From positions 3,722-67,721 of the IMG/VR virus record IMGVR_UViG_3300023184_000106: DNA of 64,000 nucleotides. One strand, 5' to 3'. The translations under genes were made by a program, and so were the position numbers. The DNA is from a virus. The notes beneath the pieces were generated by a model. That model searched no databases and was not told the DNA's origin. It saw only the letters and a program-made list of their open reading frames with translations. Below, piece by piece: positions 8,257 to 17,471 of this stretch. How positions within the stretch are numbered: position 1 is the stretch's first letter; every line of letters starts with the position of its first letter.

Positions 8257-8285
8257 ATCATACTAAATTGACTGGTGAATGTCAA
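8257..8285 (-). promoter_or_regulatory. SigA-type promoter, leaderless
   Basis: TTGACA-N17-TATGAT-N6-ATG(8250). Confidence 0.8.
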
Positions 8286-8290
8286 TAGTA

Positions 8291-8464
8291 CTATTGCTGT
8301 GGGTTCTTACGTGGGTACCACTTGCCAGAATCAATTCTTTGATTGTCTATCTGGGTAGACATAGAGGATATTACGGTATTTATAATTTCATGTAATAAAT
8401 CTAACTCTATATGTAGCTTATATATTTCAAGTTCTAGTAGATCTATTCTTCTTGAATTTCTCAT
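8291..8464 (-). CDS. Hypothetical protein (57 aa)
   Basis: Hand-translated MRNSRRIDLLELEIYKLHIELDLLHEII...GKWYPRKNPQQ; ATGA overlap with the upstream gene. Confidence 0.6.
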   Translation of the reverse strand: MRNSRRIDLLELEIYKLHIELDLLHEIINTVISSMSTQIDNQRIDSGKWYPRKNPQQ

Positions 8465-8673
8465 TGCAACTCATTTCTATCTATAGGCGTTGGCGCAGTT
8501 GCCAACGTACCACAAGCGGCACATTCCATATCTAAAAAATAACTGGCTATCTCATAATCTTTAAAAATTACCTTTAGATTAAATACTTCACAGCCACAAG
8601 GACATATGTGTATTGGAAACCCCCTGATGTCCATAGATCTGCTATAGTCTGGTCTTAGGTGGTTTATATCCAT
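8461..8673 (-). CDS. Zinc-ribbon protein
   Basis: CPCGC...CAAC; leaderless TATAAT-N6-ATG. Confidence 0.7.
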   Translation of the reverse strand: MDINHLRPDYSRSMDIRGFPIHICPCGCEVFNLKVIFKDYEIASYFLDMECAACGTLATAPTPIDRNELQ

Positions 8674-8687
8674 GTATTAATTATACA

Positions 8688-9245
8688 CTAAACTTGAATG
8701 TATGTATAGGGGGCCGTTACGCTCATATTGAATTCAGTTGCAGCCTCTAGTGCTGCTTTTAATCGCAAACGTGGATTCTTTTGGTTCTTAGTAGCATACA
8801 ATGCTCCAAGTGCTACCATTCCACCGCTACCTTCTGCCATGTAGTTAACAATGTTTTCTCCAACATGAAAATCTTCATCTATAGTAAAAAGTCTTCCGCA
8901 TACTCCAACAATAAAAATTCCACCCGTATCTTCCTCTGACGGTGATCCTATACTTCCATAGCCATGATCTTTAAATACAGACTTAACAGAATCAATAAAT
9001 TTAGTTCTCATAAACTTATCTAAACCAGAGTTTGTTTTAGTTGGTGTATATTTTGGAGGGGTCCACATATATTGAAGGATTTGTCCCATACGAAATGAAT
9101 CTGTAAATGCAATTCCATACTGACCATTTTTAAAACATTTTGGTTCTTTTCTTGCCAAAATCCATCCAGTTTTATCATCTGATGCGGCATGGTCGGAGCC
9201 CATATACACAACACCACCTTGAGCAATAGCAACGATACAAGTCAT
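8688..9245 (-). CDS. Ntn-hydrolase, HslV/proteasome-beta-like peptidase
   Basis: N-terminal (M)TCIVA nucleophile, MGSD, GSGG, AA.EF; leaderless TGGACA-N17-TACAAT-N6-ATG. Confidence 0.8.
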   Translation of the reverse strand: MTCIVAIAQGGVVYMGSDHAASDDKTGWILARKEPKCFKNGQYGIAFTDSFRMGQILQYMWTPPKYTPTKTNSGLDKFMRTKFIDSVKSVFKDHGYGSIGSPSEEDTGGIFIVGVCGRLFTIDEDFHVGENIVNYMAEGSGGMVALGALYATKNQKNPRLRLKAALEAATEFNMSVTAPYTYIQV

Positions 9246-9266
9246 ATATTTATTGTACTATTTTAA

Positions 9267-9575
9267 TTATTCTGTGTCCAGTTCCGCATGATATTCTATA
9301 TGATTTAATTGATTTATGGCGTTTTCTAATTCAGCTTTAATTTCTATTAATTCCTGCATGGCTTTATAATACTTATCTTTCCAGGAATTAAGTTCACGCT
9401 CAAGTTCATATAATTCAATTTTTAAATCTTTTACGTCTATTCTTAGTAAATCCTGTGCATGCTCATATTGCCGTATTTTTTCTTTTTTGGATTCCCTAGA
9501 AGAATTGACAATAGCTGTCCCAAGACCACTTAAAATGGCTGAACAGATAACTAATACTATAGATAGTGGCTCCAT
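9267..9575 (-). CDS. Membrane-anchored coiled-coil protein
   Basis: N-terminal hydrophobic helix followed by heptad repeats. Confidence 0.65.
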   Translation of the reverse strand: MEPLSIVLVICSAILSGLGTAIVNSSRESKKEKIRQYEHAQDLLRIDVKDLKIELYELERELNSWKDKYYKAMQELIEIKAELENAINQLNHIEYHAELDTE

Positions 9576-9603
9576 GTATAACTATTATATCAGTATAACA
9601 ACT

Positions 9604-9840
9604 TTAAACTAGAAGTTCTGATGCAGATATATCTGCGCCAAGATACCGTTTCTTTTGAATGAATTCTTTAACAAACTCATGCCCATTTGATCTGCCAGAT
9701 AGGATAATCACCCATCGTGGCTCAAATTTTAAATCTATGCATGTTTGGCACATAAATAAATTAATTGTAAGTAAATTAGACTTTCTAATATGCAATTGAT
9801 TTTTTGTTTTATTACAGGAGTAACAAAGTATTTTTTCCAA
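9604..9840 (-). CDS. Hypothetical Zn-finger protein
   Basis: CYSC...CQTC. Confidence 0.6.
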   Translation of the reverse strand: MEKILCYSCNKTKNQLHIRKSNLLTINLFMCQTCIDLKFEPRWVIILSGRSNGHEFVKEFIQKKRYLGADISASELLV

Positions 9841-10044
9841 TTATTCCTCTTCCATGAATGTAAGGTCATCATTCTCTATTATTTCTTGATAATAGATACC
9901 GTGTTTTGAGTATTCAACTATTGATGCATGTGCACCTATAGATCTAGCCATTCCATGAACTTGCTCTGATTTGATCAAGACATTATAGTTTTCTGTGTTC
10001 AATCGGGACCCCTTCAAGTTCGCATCGTACACCGTAAGATTCAA
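9841..10044 (-). CDS. Hypothetical protein (start uncertain)
   Basis: ORF track; overlaps the upstream gene. Confidence 0.45.
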   Translation of the reverse strand: MNLTVYDANLKGSRLNTENYNVLIKSEQVHGMARSIGAHASIVEYSKHGIYYQEIIENDDLTFMEEE

Positions 10045-10306
10045 TCATTTTCTTAGCTTTTGAAACATAATCAATAACTTTCTCTTTTTCAATTCCAGTG
10101 AATTGAATAAAGTTATCTTCATACAGCCTCAAAGCAAGAAACTCAGGATACTTTACTATATCCATCATCAAAAGCAAAGGTTTTTTAATTTCCCTAAGCT
10201 TCCTTCTCATCTCGTCGCTATAAAATACTGGCTTGTTTGGCTCCCCAGTCCACTGGTTTATGCCATGCTTAAAATGAACATTGTCGTATAAATTACTTGA
10301 TGCCAT
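9983..10306 (-). CDS. Hypothetical protein
   Basis: 107-aa ORF coupled to whiB. Confidence 0.6.
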   Translation of the reverse strand: MASSNLYDNVHFKHGINQWTGEPNKPVFYSDEMRRKLREIKKPLLLMMDIVKYPEFLALRLYEDNFIQFTGIEKEKVIDYVSKAKKMIESYGVRCELEGVPIEHRKL

Positions 10307-10607
10307 TTTTTTTATTTACTTTCTTCCAAATTTCTTTAGTCTTGTGCGAATTTTTTAGCTTATCTGCTAAACCAGAACTTAAGTAAACTCCACCCCATAC
10401 CCCATATTCATTATTTGAAACACCAGACTCGTGGCATATCTTCATAACTGGGCAAGATAAACAACACTCATCTATATTTTTTGCAACAGTTTCATTAGAC
10501 TCATAGGTATCAAAAAATAAATTAGTGTCCATTCCCCTGCAGGCAGATATATCCCACCAGTTTAGATTGTCTGGATTTAAATTTAAATCATTTAAGATAT
10601 TTGACAT
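10293..10607 (-). CDS. whiB: WhiB-family Fe-S transcription factor
   Basis: W...AC...LFF...C-x2-C-PV-x3-C and YGVWGG turn motif. Confidence 0.9.
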   Translation of the reverse strand: MSNILNDLNLNPDNLNWWDISACRGMDTNLFFDTYESNETVAKNIDECCLSCPVMKICHESGVSNNEYGVWGGVYLSSGLADKLKNSHKTKEIWKKVNKKNGIK

Positions 10608-10821
10608 ATTTTTTTGGCAGTTCCCATATTCCATTTTTTGTTATTGGGAAAATCTTTGATATCCCCCAACTACTGTTTCTATATACACCACTTGTATTAG
10701 AGTATCCGCCAATATTTTTTTCCCATATTATGAAGCTATAATTATTCCAATACATATCAGTTGCATTTGCTTTATTTTTTTTTATTAAAACATTAATGCC
10801 AGCTTCATTAAGATATAACAT
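10588..10821 (-). CDS. Hypothetical protein
   Basis: 77-aa ORF overlapping the whiB start. Confidence 0.55.
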   Translation of the reverse strand: MLYLNEAGINVLIKKNKANATDMYWNNYSFIIWEKNIGGYSNTSGVYRNSSWGISKIFPITKNGIWELPKKYVKYLK

Positions 10822-10848
10822 AATTATACCAAGCGTTTAGTGGGTGTG

Positions 10849-11523
10849 TCAAGAGCAAAATGGTATTTCCTTTACATGGCCGATAGATATACTGTTTATA
10901 TCAACGTGTTTTTTTGTATTACATATATAAGATACAATATCAGCAATATCTGAAGGATCAAGGCATTTATCTGACATGCTTGGGTTATTGTGACTATTTA
11001 CGGATGATGGGATAATTTCAGAAACCCTAACACCAGACTTAGCTAGGTCACGTCTTAATATATTAGTAAGAACTGATTGAGCATGTTTTGCTATTGTGTA
11101 AGATGGGGTGGCGTTAAGTATCTCATGCCCAGCTATTGATGTTATATTTATAATTATTGGGTTATCAGATATATTCATTTTAGGAACAACCGACTTGATT
11201 AAATTAAATGTAGATGAGGTATTTAACATAAAGTCACTGCTTATATCTTCTGCATTTTGATTTAAAATATTATCCTTAAACTCCGAAGTACCGCCACCAG
11301 CACAATTTACAAGAATAGAAATAGATTTATCTGATATATACTTAGATAGTCCAGATATTGAATCATTGTCGGTTATGTCTAATTTAAATGGTATTATATT
11401 CCTAGACTCTTCAATTAGATTAATTCTTCTTCCACAGGCTATAACTGTGTATTGATCCGATAACCTATTGGCTATTGATTTTCCAATGCCAAAAGTAGCC
11501 CCAGTAACAATAGCATACTGCAT
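10849..11523 (-). CDS. Short-chain dehydrogenase/reductase (YdfG-like)
   Basis: TGATFGIG, GRR, LVNCAG, ITSIAG, YTIAK. Confidence 0.9.
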   Translation of the reverse strand: MQYAIVTGATFGIGKSIANRLSDQYTVIACGRRINLIEESRNIIPFKLDITDNDSISGLSKYISDKSISILVNCAGGGTSEFKDNILNQNAEDISSDFMLNTSSTFNLIKSVVPKMNISDNPIIINITSIAGHEILNATPSYTIAKHAQSVLTNILRRDLAKSGVRVSEIIPSSVNSHNNPSMSDKCLDPSDIADIVSYICNTKKHVDINSISIGHVKEIPFCS

Positions 11524-11525
11524 AT

Positions 11526-11669
11526 CTACTTCTTTACTATTCGGACTATTTTAACACTTTTAATTTCATCGTCTATGCCAAATATATCAGAAATATAATC
11601 CATTGCATCATTTTCATCAAAAGCTTCCACTTCTGCTGTTATTGCAATACTTATGCTATATTTGTTCAC
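11526..11669 (-). CDS. Small hypothetical protein (47 aa)
   Basis: Hand-translated (GTG) MNKYSISIAITAEVEAFDENDAMDYISDIFGIDDEIKSVKIVRIVKK. Confidence 0.55.
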   Translation of the reverse strand: MNKYSISIAITAEVEAFDENDAMDYISDIFGIDDEIKSVKIVRIVKK

Positions 11670-11671
11670 AA

Positions 11672-12271
11672 TTATTTAACAGCTGACGGTTTTCCGCCAC
11701 TAGATTTAGATGCTGTTTTTTTAACTGTAGAAGCTGCCTTCTTAACAACTGGCTTACCAAATGACGGTCTTCCAAATCCTACAATAGAAACTAATTCACT
11801 TCTGCGAAGTTTTGAACCATTTTTCTTTTTGTATGCACGAGTTTTACGACAACATTCTCCGCCGTTGCGTTGATCTCCCTTTTTGTTTCCCGCAGTATTT
11901 CCTTCAACTGTGTCAACGGTTCCGTCACCATTGTCTTTAATAACAATGCCAACATGAGAAATTCTATCGACGCCATCTGATGGGAAATCAAAATAGGCAA
12001 TATCCCCTGGTTGTGGTGTTGCTTCTTCTGACATCTGCCACGAACCTGCTTTAATAAATGCTTGTGCCCCTGCTGGTGTATAAACTGTATTAGGAATATT
12101 TACGGAAGACTCGTTCCCGCACCAGTTTACGAAACTTCCGCACCATGGTTGGAAGTTTGATTTTGTAAACTTACCATACTTTGTTTCATTATCTTTTGGA
12201 CCCTCAATGGTTCCAACTTCTGCTAATGCTACTTCTACTAATCTTGCTGCTGAGCCTTGTGCCTCTGCCAT
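11672..12271 (-). CDS. CHAP-domain amidase/endopeptidase (probable endolysin)
   Basis: PWCGSFV (Cys), PGDIAYF, SHVGIV (His), VEGNT; basic C-terminal tail; next to small membrane proteins. Confidence 0.85.
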   Translation of the reverse strand: MAEAQGSAARLVEVALAEVGTIEGPKDNETKYGKFTKSNFQPWCGSFVNWCGNESSVNIPNTVYTPAGAQAFIKAGSWQMSEEATPQPGDIAYFDFPSDGVDRISHVGIVIKDNGDGTVDTVEGNTAGNKKGDQRNGGECCRKTRAYKKKNGSKLRRSELVSIVGFGRPSFGKPVVKKAASTVKKTASKSSGGKPSAVK

Positions 12272-12353
12272 TTTACTCTCCTAGTTTGTGATAGACTTGT
12301 GTCATAAGTACATTATACCACTTTAAAGGTTTTTTAGTCGACTTGTATTTATA

Positions 12354-12647
12354 TTAAATTTTATTGGCTTTTTTATCTACTGCTGAAAATGCCGAATTTA
12401 TTTCTGATACTGTTAATTTACCATCATCTAAGAATCCACGAGCAAGCTTTTCAACTACAGTTGCAACTCCAAGGGTTCCAGCCAATATAACTGCTTTATA
12501 GGTTTCAATCCCTACAATTGCTCCTGCTCCAATTACGGATAGTCCAGAGGCTGCAAATACAGCAATTATACGCATTACAATATTATTGATGTTTGCAATT
12601 GCTCCTGAGCCTACTTGTGTCGGCTCTTCTATGTATGCTTTAGCCAT
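12354..12647 (-). CDS. Membrane protein, holin-like
   Basis: Two hydrophobic segments; adjacent to the CHAP gene. Confidence 0.55.
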   Translation of the reverse strand: MAKAYIEEPTQVGSGAIANINNIVMRIIAVFAASGLSVIGAGAIVGIETYKAVILAGTLGVATVVEKLARGFLDDGKLTVSEINSAFSAVDKKANKI

Positions 12648-12859
12648 TACTTTTCACCTTTTCCTGCAAAGTATCCGCCAATAATTCCTATTAATCCTAC
12701 TAATGCATTTTGAACTAATGCAATTGCATCTGAGTTAGTTGAATACTTTTCTCCAAATTTTGCTTGTTGCATTAACATTGAAGAGTATTCTCCAATAACT
12801 ACAAGGCCTATAAATCCTAATATTCCTAGGGTGATTACCCACATCAATTTATCTTTCAT
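12647..12859 (-). CDS. Small two-TM membrane protein
   Basis: Two hydrophobic helices. Confidence 0.6.
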   Translation of the reverse strand: MKDKLMWVITLGILGFIGLVVIGEYSSMLMQQAKFGEKYSTNSDAIALVQNALVGLIGIIGGYFAGKGEK

Positions 12860-13038
12860 TCTTTATCATCCCAATCTTTGTTTCTAATAGGATACGTTAC
12901 TGCCCACGCAATTAGTGTGCATACAATTGCATAACCTACTACTGTTTTTGCGGAACCATCAAGGACTACCCAGGCAATAAACATACCTAGAAGTGTCCAA
13001 AGTTGGTCTATCATATCTTGCATTATTTTCTTTATCAT
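12856..13038 (-). CDS. Small two-TM membrane protein
   Basis: Two hydrophobic helices; ATGA overlap with the large upstream gene. Confidence 0.6.
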   Translation of the reverse strand: MIKKIMQDMIDQLWTLLGMFIAWVVLDGSAKTVVGYAIVCTLIAWAVTYPIRNKDWDDKE

Positions 13039-15755
13039 GGTCTTCTTCTCCTTATTCCCTTGGAATCGCCAGAGGCTCCTCCTCCACCTGATCCTCCAGA
13101 ATTGCTTCTGCTAGATCCTCCAGTGGTTCCCGCCGTTGCTGCACCAACAGCATTTATTGCTGCACCTGTTGCGATGACTGTTGCTACAACCATCTTAGTT
13201 GCTTCTTCTCTTTCTCCTGTAGTCATGTCAGCACCTATACTACCAATGGCTGCTACTGCTGCCCCTGGGTCTGTAAATACTGCTTCTAATAATGCTCCCG
13301 CATCTGTAACTAATTCTACATTTGCAGCAACTTCTGCAGTAATAACAAGTGTTTCTCCATTTTCAGATGTTCTAACTTCAACTGGTGTTTCTGGTGGAAG
13401 ATCTTTATATTGAATTCCAGCATCTTGAATTTGTTCTGCTGTTACATTTTCTCCAGAAGATACTGCTGCTGCAATAACAACTGTTGCAATTAAATCTTTT
13501 TGCTCAACAGTTAATGGAGCATCTGATTGTTTAATTGCTTCTACAATATTTTTAACTTCTGCTTGAGTTACTTTACCATCAGAGTTAATATTTTCTAAAA
13601 CCCTTTTAGTATCTTCTGCTGTAATCTTTCCGTCAGTCAAAGCCTTTTGCTCAGCGATCTTTCTATCTTCCTCTGCTTTTATTTTTGCAGCCTCCGCTTC
13701 TTTAGCTTTTTGCTCTGCTAATATTCTTGCTTCTTCTGCTGCTTTATCTTTAGCAATTTGTGCCTGCCTGTCTGCTTCTGCTTTGGCTCTGGCTTCTTCT
13801 TCTGCTTTCTTTATTGCTGCAAGTCGTGCATCTTCTTCTGCCTTGGCTTTTGCCTCAGCCTCTGCCTTCAGTCTATCCGCCTCTGCCTTAGCAGCAGCCT
13901 CTGCTGCAAGCCTATCCTTTTCTGCTTGAATTCTTGCTTCTTCTTCTGCCTTCTTTCTTTGCTCTTCCGCTATACGAGCATCCTCTTCCGCTTTCTTTCT
14001 TTTCTCTTCAGCAAGCCTTGCTTCTTCTTCAGCCTTTAGTCTAGCCTCTTCTGCTGCTTTGGCTTCTTCTTCAGCCTTCAATCTTTTCTCTTCAGCAATT
14101 CTTGCTTCTTCTTCTGCCTTGGCCTTTGCTAATGCTGCAGCAACTCTTTCTTCTTCTGCTTTCTTTGCTGCTAGTTCTGCTGCTACACGATCAGCCTCCG
14201 CTTTAATTGCAGACTGTCTTGCTACCTCGGCAAGCCTAGCATTTTCTGCATTGATGGCATCCTGTTTTGCTTTCTCTACTGCCAGTGCTGCTAATCTTGC
14301 TTCTTCCGCTACCCTTGCAACTTCTGCAAGTCTGGCATTTTCTGCAGCGATTGCTGCTAATCTTTCAGATTCAATTCGTGCTGCCTCAACCCTTGCAGCC
14401 TCTGCTGCTGCTGCTACCCTTGCCGCCTCTGCTACCGCTGCTACTCTGGCTGCTTCAACCCTTGCAGCCTCTGCAATAGCGGCTACACGAGCAGCCTCAA
14501 CCCTTGCTGCCTCTGCTACTGCTGCCACCCTTGCTGCTTCTATTCTTGCTGCTTCTTGCTGTGCTGCTAAGACTGCTGCTGCTTCTGCTTCAACCCTTGC
14601 TACTTCTGCTAACCTTGCCACCTCTGCCAGTCTTGCAACCTCTGCTACTCTTGCTGCTTCTGCAGCGATTGCTGCTAATCTTGCGTTCTCTGCATCAATA
14701 GCAGCCTGTGCTGCTGCTGCTTCAGCATTTAGTAATAACTGATAGTTACTAACGAGTGCTTTTTGATCACTTGTCAATGCATTATATTGGCTACGGGCTG
14801 TGGTCCAGTTAGAGTTTGTAATTGATCCAATAACAATGTTTGCTGCGCTTTGATTTGCTGCTGCTTGCTCTGCTGCAATTTCTTCTGCAGTCTTTCCAAT
14901 TTTTAATGTAACAACATTTGAATTTGCAGAGTACAGGGCTAATGTATCATTATCTGATCTAATATGAAATGACCATACCGTACCGCTTGGCATTAAACTT
15001 TCAAGTAGAGAGTTATCAATTGTTATTGTTGTGTTTAAAGAATTTGGTCCGCCAACATTTCCAGTGGCAATTCCCCAACCGTTACACCCAGAACAATTAA
15101 AGCTTATCGCATATCTTTCTGGTTGTGTGTTGCCAGTATTGGGTGCCTCCCAGCTTAATACAGTTGATGTATCATTGCTAGATATCGTTAAATTTCTTGG
15201 GGCTCCAATGGTTTTAACAACTGTTGGTGTCACAGATAAAGAGGCATTAGTAAATATAGTTCCGTAGCATCCAGCCCAGCCTAATCCGTCTGTTCCGCTT
15301 ATTGTTATTGTTACATTTTCATTTGGAGATGTGGTTGTTACTGTTAGCGTTTTATTAATTCCGCTAGTAGAATAGTTGCCGCCTGTTGAAATATTTTGAT
15401 TAGAATCTTGAAGTCTAATTGTTGCTTGTGCTCCAGGAACATCTGATCTATTCCGAGCATTTACTGTAAAAACAACTGCAGATGGTTGAGATATTGTTAC
15501 TACTTGAGTAACTGGCGTGTTAACATACGACATAGCAAGTGCATCGTCATCCCAAGCGCCCATACTTGGGCCACCATTGTCGCAGGAGGCATTATTGTTT
15601 GATGAGCCAGTGATATTTGCCCCAGACCATCCACCACCAGTTGACGAGAAGGATCCGTTTATTAGTGTGTCTGCAGCATTAGCTTGGGAGGGACCAGCAA
15701 AAAGCCAACCTACTGATAGCAGGAAGGCTGTAAATATTCTTAATTTTTTGTTCAA
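13035..15755 (-). CDS. Large exported membrane-anchored protein: beta-sandwich/FN3 head, long Ala/Glu/Arg/Lys helical stalk, C-terminal TM
   Basis: Signal peptide (..SQANA), APRNL..LSWEAP FN3-like motif, EAARVAA and AEEEAR repeats, hydrophobic segment then a Gly/Ser linker and RRRRP. Confidence 0.75.
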   Translation of the reverse strand: MNKKLRIFTAFLLSVGWLFAGPSQANAADTLINGSFSSTGGGWSGANITGSSNNNASCDNGGPSMGAWDDDALAMSYVNTPVTQVVTISQPSAVVFTVNARNRSDVPGAQATIRLQDSNQNISTGGNYSTSGINKTLTVTTTSPNENVTITISGTDGLGWAGCYGTIFTNASLSVTPTVVKTIGAPRNLTISSNDTSTVLSWEAPNTGNTQPERYAISFNCSGCNGWGIATGNVGGPNSLNTTITIDNSLLESLMPSGTVWSFHIRSDNDTLALYSANSNVVTLKIGKTAEEIAAEQAAANQSAANIVIGSITNSNWTTARSQYNALTSDQKALVSNYQLLLNAEAAAAQAAIDAENARLAAIAAEAARVAEVARLAEVARLAEVARVEAEAAAVLAAQQEAARIEAARVAAVAEAARVEAARVAAIAEAARVEAARVAAVAEAARVAAAAEAARVEAARIESERLAAIAAENARLAEVARVAEEARLAALAVEKAKQDAINAENARLAEVARQSAIKAEADRVAAELAAKKAEEERVAAALAKAKAEEEARIAEEKRLKAEEEAKAAEEARLKAEEEARLAEEKRKKAEEDARIAEEQRKKAEEEARIQAEKDRLAAEAAAKAEADRLKAEAEAKAKAEEDARLAAIKKAEEEARAKAEADRQAQIAKDKAAEEARILAEQKAKEAEAAKIKAEEDRKIAEQKALTDGKITAEDTKRVLENINSDGKVTQAEVKNIVEAIKQSDAPLTVEQKDLIATVVIAAAVSSGENVTAEQIQDAGIQYKDLPPETPVEVRTSENGETLVITAEVAANVELVTDAGALLEAVFTDPGAAVAAIGSIGADMTTGEREEATKMVVATVIATGAAINAVGAATAGTTGGSSRSNSGGSGGGGASGDSKGIRRRRP

Positions 15756-15822
15756 TCAAGAGTCCCCCAAGTAATACAATATTTTTGTTTACTTAGTAAG
15801 TATAGCAGAATGCTAGTTCAAA

Positions 15823-16011
15823 TTACTTGGGATTATCTGTTTTGTAAAAGCCATTTCCTTTAAACTGTACGCCAACTGTAGTAAAAAATCGTGTCATTTC
15901 GGACTCACATTCTACGCATGTATACCCAGGGTCGCTCTCAGTCATTGCCCTGTGTACTGACATTTTTGGATGTGCATCATCATATGAGCATTTATATTCG
16001 TATACTGGCAT
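15823..16011 (-). CDS. FmdB-family zinc-ribbon protein
   Basis: MPVYEYKC...CVEC...FKGNGFYKTD. Confidence 0.85.
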   Translation of the reverse strand: MPVYEYKCSYDDAHPKMSVHRAMTESDPGYTCVECESEMTRFFTTVGVQFKGNGFYKTDNPK

Positions 16012-16418
16012 TACTTCCCGCTTTTCTTCCTAGCTTTTGCTAATGCGTCAAAGTCTTTAATCTTTGTTTCTCCCATATATCCCCATGCATGTCCATCCGC
16101 AATCATCTTTTCATTTAATGATACAGATGCTCCGTCAAGAAATACCCAACCCAAAATACGACCATACTTTTCAGATGAGTCCATTTTTTCTGTTTTAATA
16201 ACAACAGATTTGGCTGCATCAATCTCATGCTTTAAGTAAGCTTTTGCTTCTAAGCCTAGGGCTTTTTCTATCTTGTCAGTTGTTCTACTCTCTGGAGTAT
16301 CAATGCCAGCAAGTCTTACCCTTGAACTAAAGGAGATATCAAAACCTAAATCAATTTCTACATCAATTGTATCTCCGTCTACAACCTTGCTTACTTTCTT
16401 TACATAATACTCAAACAT
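16011..16418 (-). CDS. Thermonuclease (SNase-like) nuclease
   Basis: VVDGDTI, RVRLAGIDTPE, KYGRILG. Confidence 0.85.
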   Translation of the reverse strand: MFEYYVKKVSKVVDGDTIDVEIDLGFDISFSSRVRLAGIDTPESRTTDKIEKALGLEAKAYLKHEIDAAKSVVIKTEKMDSSEKYGRILGWVFLDGASVSLNEKMIADGHAWGYMGETKIKDFDALAKARKKSGK

Positions 16419-16621
16419 TATTCTCTCCCCCATTTAATTTTATTCCAACCACGTTCATGGAAGTAATAAAGTATTGTTTTTGTTAGTACTTCAAACCCTG
16501 CAATTGATGCAGCCGTTATTGCTTTATGTGTTATAAAATATGACAAAACAAAAGTATCTGCTGTACCTATAACACGCCAAGTAATTGCTTTTAGTGCTGA
16601 TCTTTGTTTAGTTACGTTCAT
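16418..16621 (-). CDS. DUF2061-like small membrane protein
   Basis: RSALKAITWR...YYFHERGW pattern. Confidence 0.75.
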   Translation of the reverse strand: MNVTKQRSALKAITWRVIGTADTFVLSYFITHKAITAASIAGFEVLTKTILYYFHERGWNKIKWGRE

Positions 16622-16686
16622 CTTCTTCTTTCTTAAACCATTGCTCGTAAAGCTTTATTTCGTTGTCTGCCATAGCATCGGCGGAC

Positions 16687-17442
16687 TCATATACCCATTT
16701 CTTTACGCTTTTGAGTAGCACTAATAGATTCAATTTCTGCTCCTAACGACACTTGCTCAATTTTATATCCGACATCACGACCATATACAATGTTAGTTAT
16801 ATTAGGCATCTTAATAACCATCGCTTTGTCCATTACTGGATCTTGTGCAATATATCCCCTTACTTGTTCAAAATCTAAGGGATCTTTTTCGCTTGTCTTG
16901 TACGTATTTCTAACACCTAGCATTACTTGAGGAGTTCTGGTTCCCGCCTCTTGATACAAAGCATGATGCCCTTCATGCCATGGCTGATATCTTCCAAGCA
17001 TCAATGTAGTTGGCTGACGCCAATCATGGAGCTGAAAATCAACACATGCAATTCTTGCTGCATCTGTGTATTCTGTTCTGTCATCAAACGTTAAATTTGG
17101 GTTTGCTGGCATTTCCCACATAGCTGTTGTATCTGGAAAATCTCGAACTGGTTTTCTATTCATCCAAACTACTTTGTCTGGATTTCCAAATGATGCTCTT
17201 GTTTCTGCTGTTGGGTTAACAAAATCTACAACCACATGGTATCCTTGATTTGAAAGTAGTCTTGAAAGGGCACCCATTCTGCGAGCTTGCTCAAGCCTAT
17301 CCTCTGGACTAAACCCTAAATCTTTATTTAATTCCGCTCTTACTGCATCGGCATTTAAATGTATAGCATTAATTCTATCAGCAAGTTCTTTTGCAAACGT
17401 AGTTTTGCCTGCTCCTGGCAAGCCTATAACCTGTATAATCAT
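16687..17442 (-). CDS. Adenylylsulfate-kinase-like domain fused to a HIGH-superfamily nucleotidyltransferase
   Basis: GLPGAGKT P-loop, ADAVRAELNKDLGFSPEDR (CysC-like), C-terminal GRYQPWHEGH and ISATQKR. Confidence 0.8.
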   Translation of the reverse strand: MIIQVIGLPGAGKTTFAKELADRINAIHLNADAVRAELNKDLGFSPEDRLEQARRMGALSRLLSNQGYHVVVDFVNPTAETRASFGNPDKVVWMNRKPVRDFPDTTAMWEMPANPNLTFDDRTEYTDAARIACVDFQLHDWRQPTTLMLGRYQPWHEGHHALYQEAGTRTPQVMLGVRNTYKTSEKDPLDFEQVRGYIAQDPVMDKAMVIKMPNITNIVYGRDVGYKIEQVSLGAEIESISATQKRKEMGI

Positions 17443-17471
17443 TAATTTACCTTAATCTCTACACAAGTATA

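Noticed and set aside
10821-10832. TGGTATAAT upstream of 10588..10821 as another leaderless promoter
   Set aside because: Only 1 nt separates the box from the annotated ATG, so that start would not be transcribed; excluded from the count
13758-14742. Plus-strand ORFs over the EAAR repeats, and the repeats as a possible array
   Set aside because: Shadows of a low-complexity coding repeat; repeats are degenerate at third positions and have no spacers
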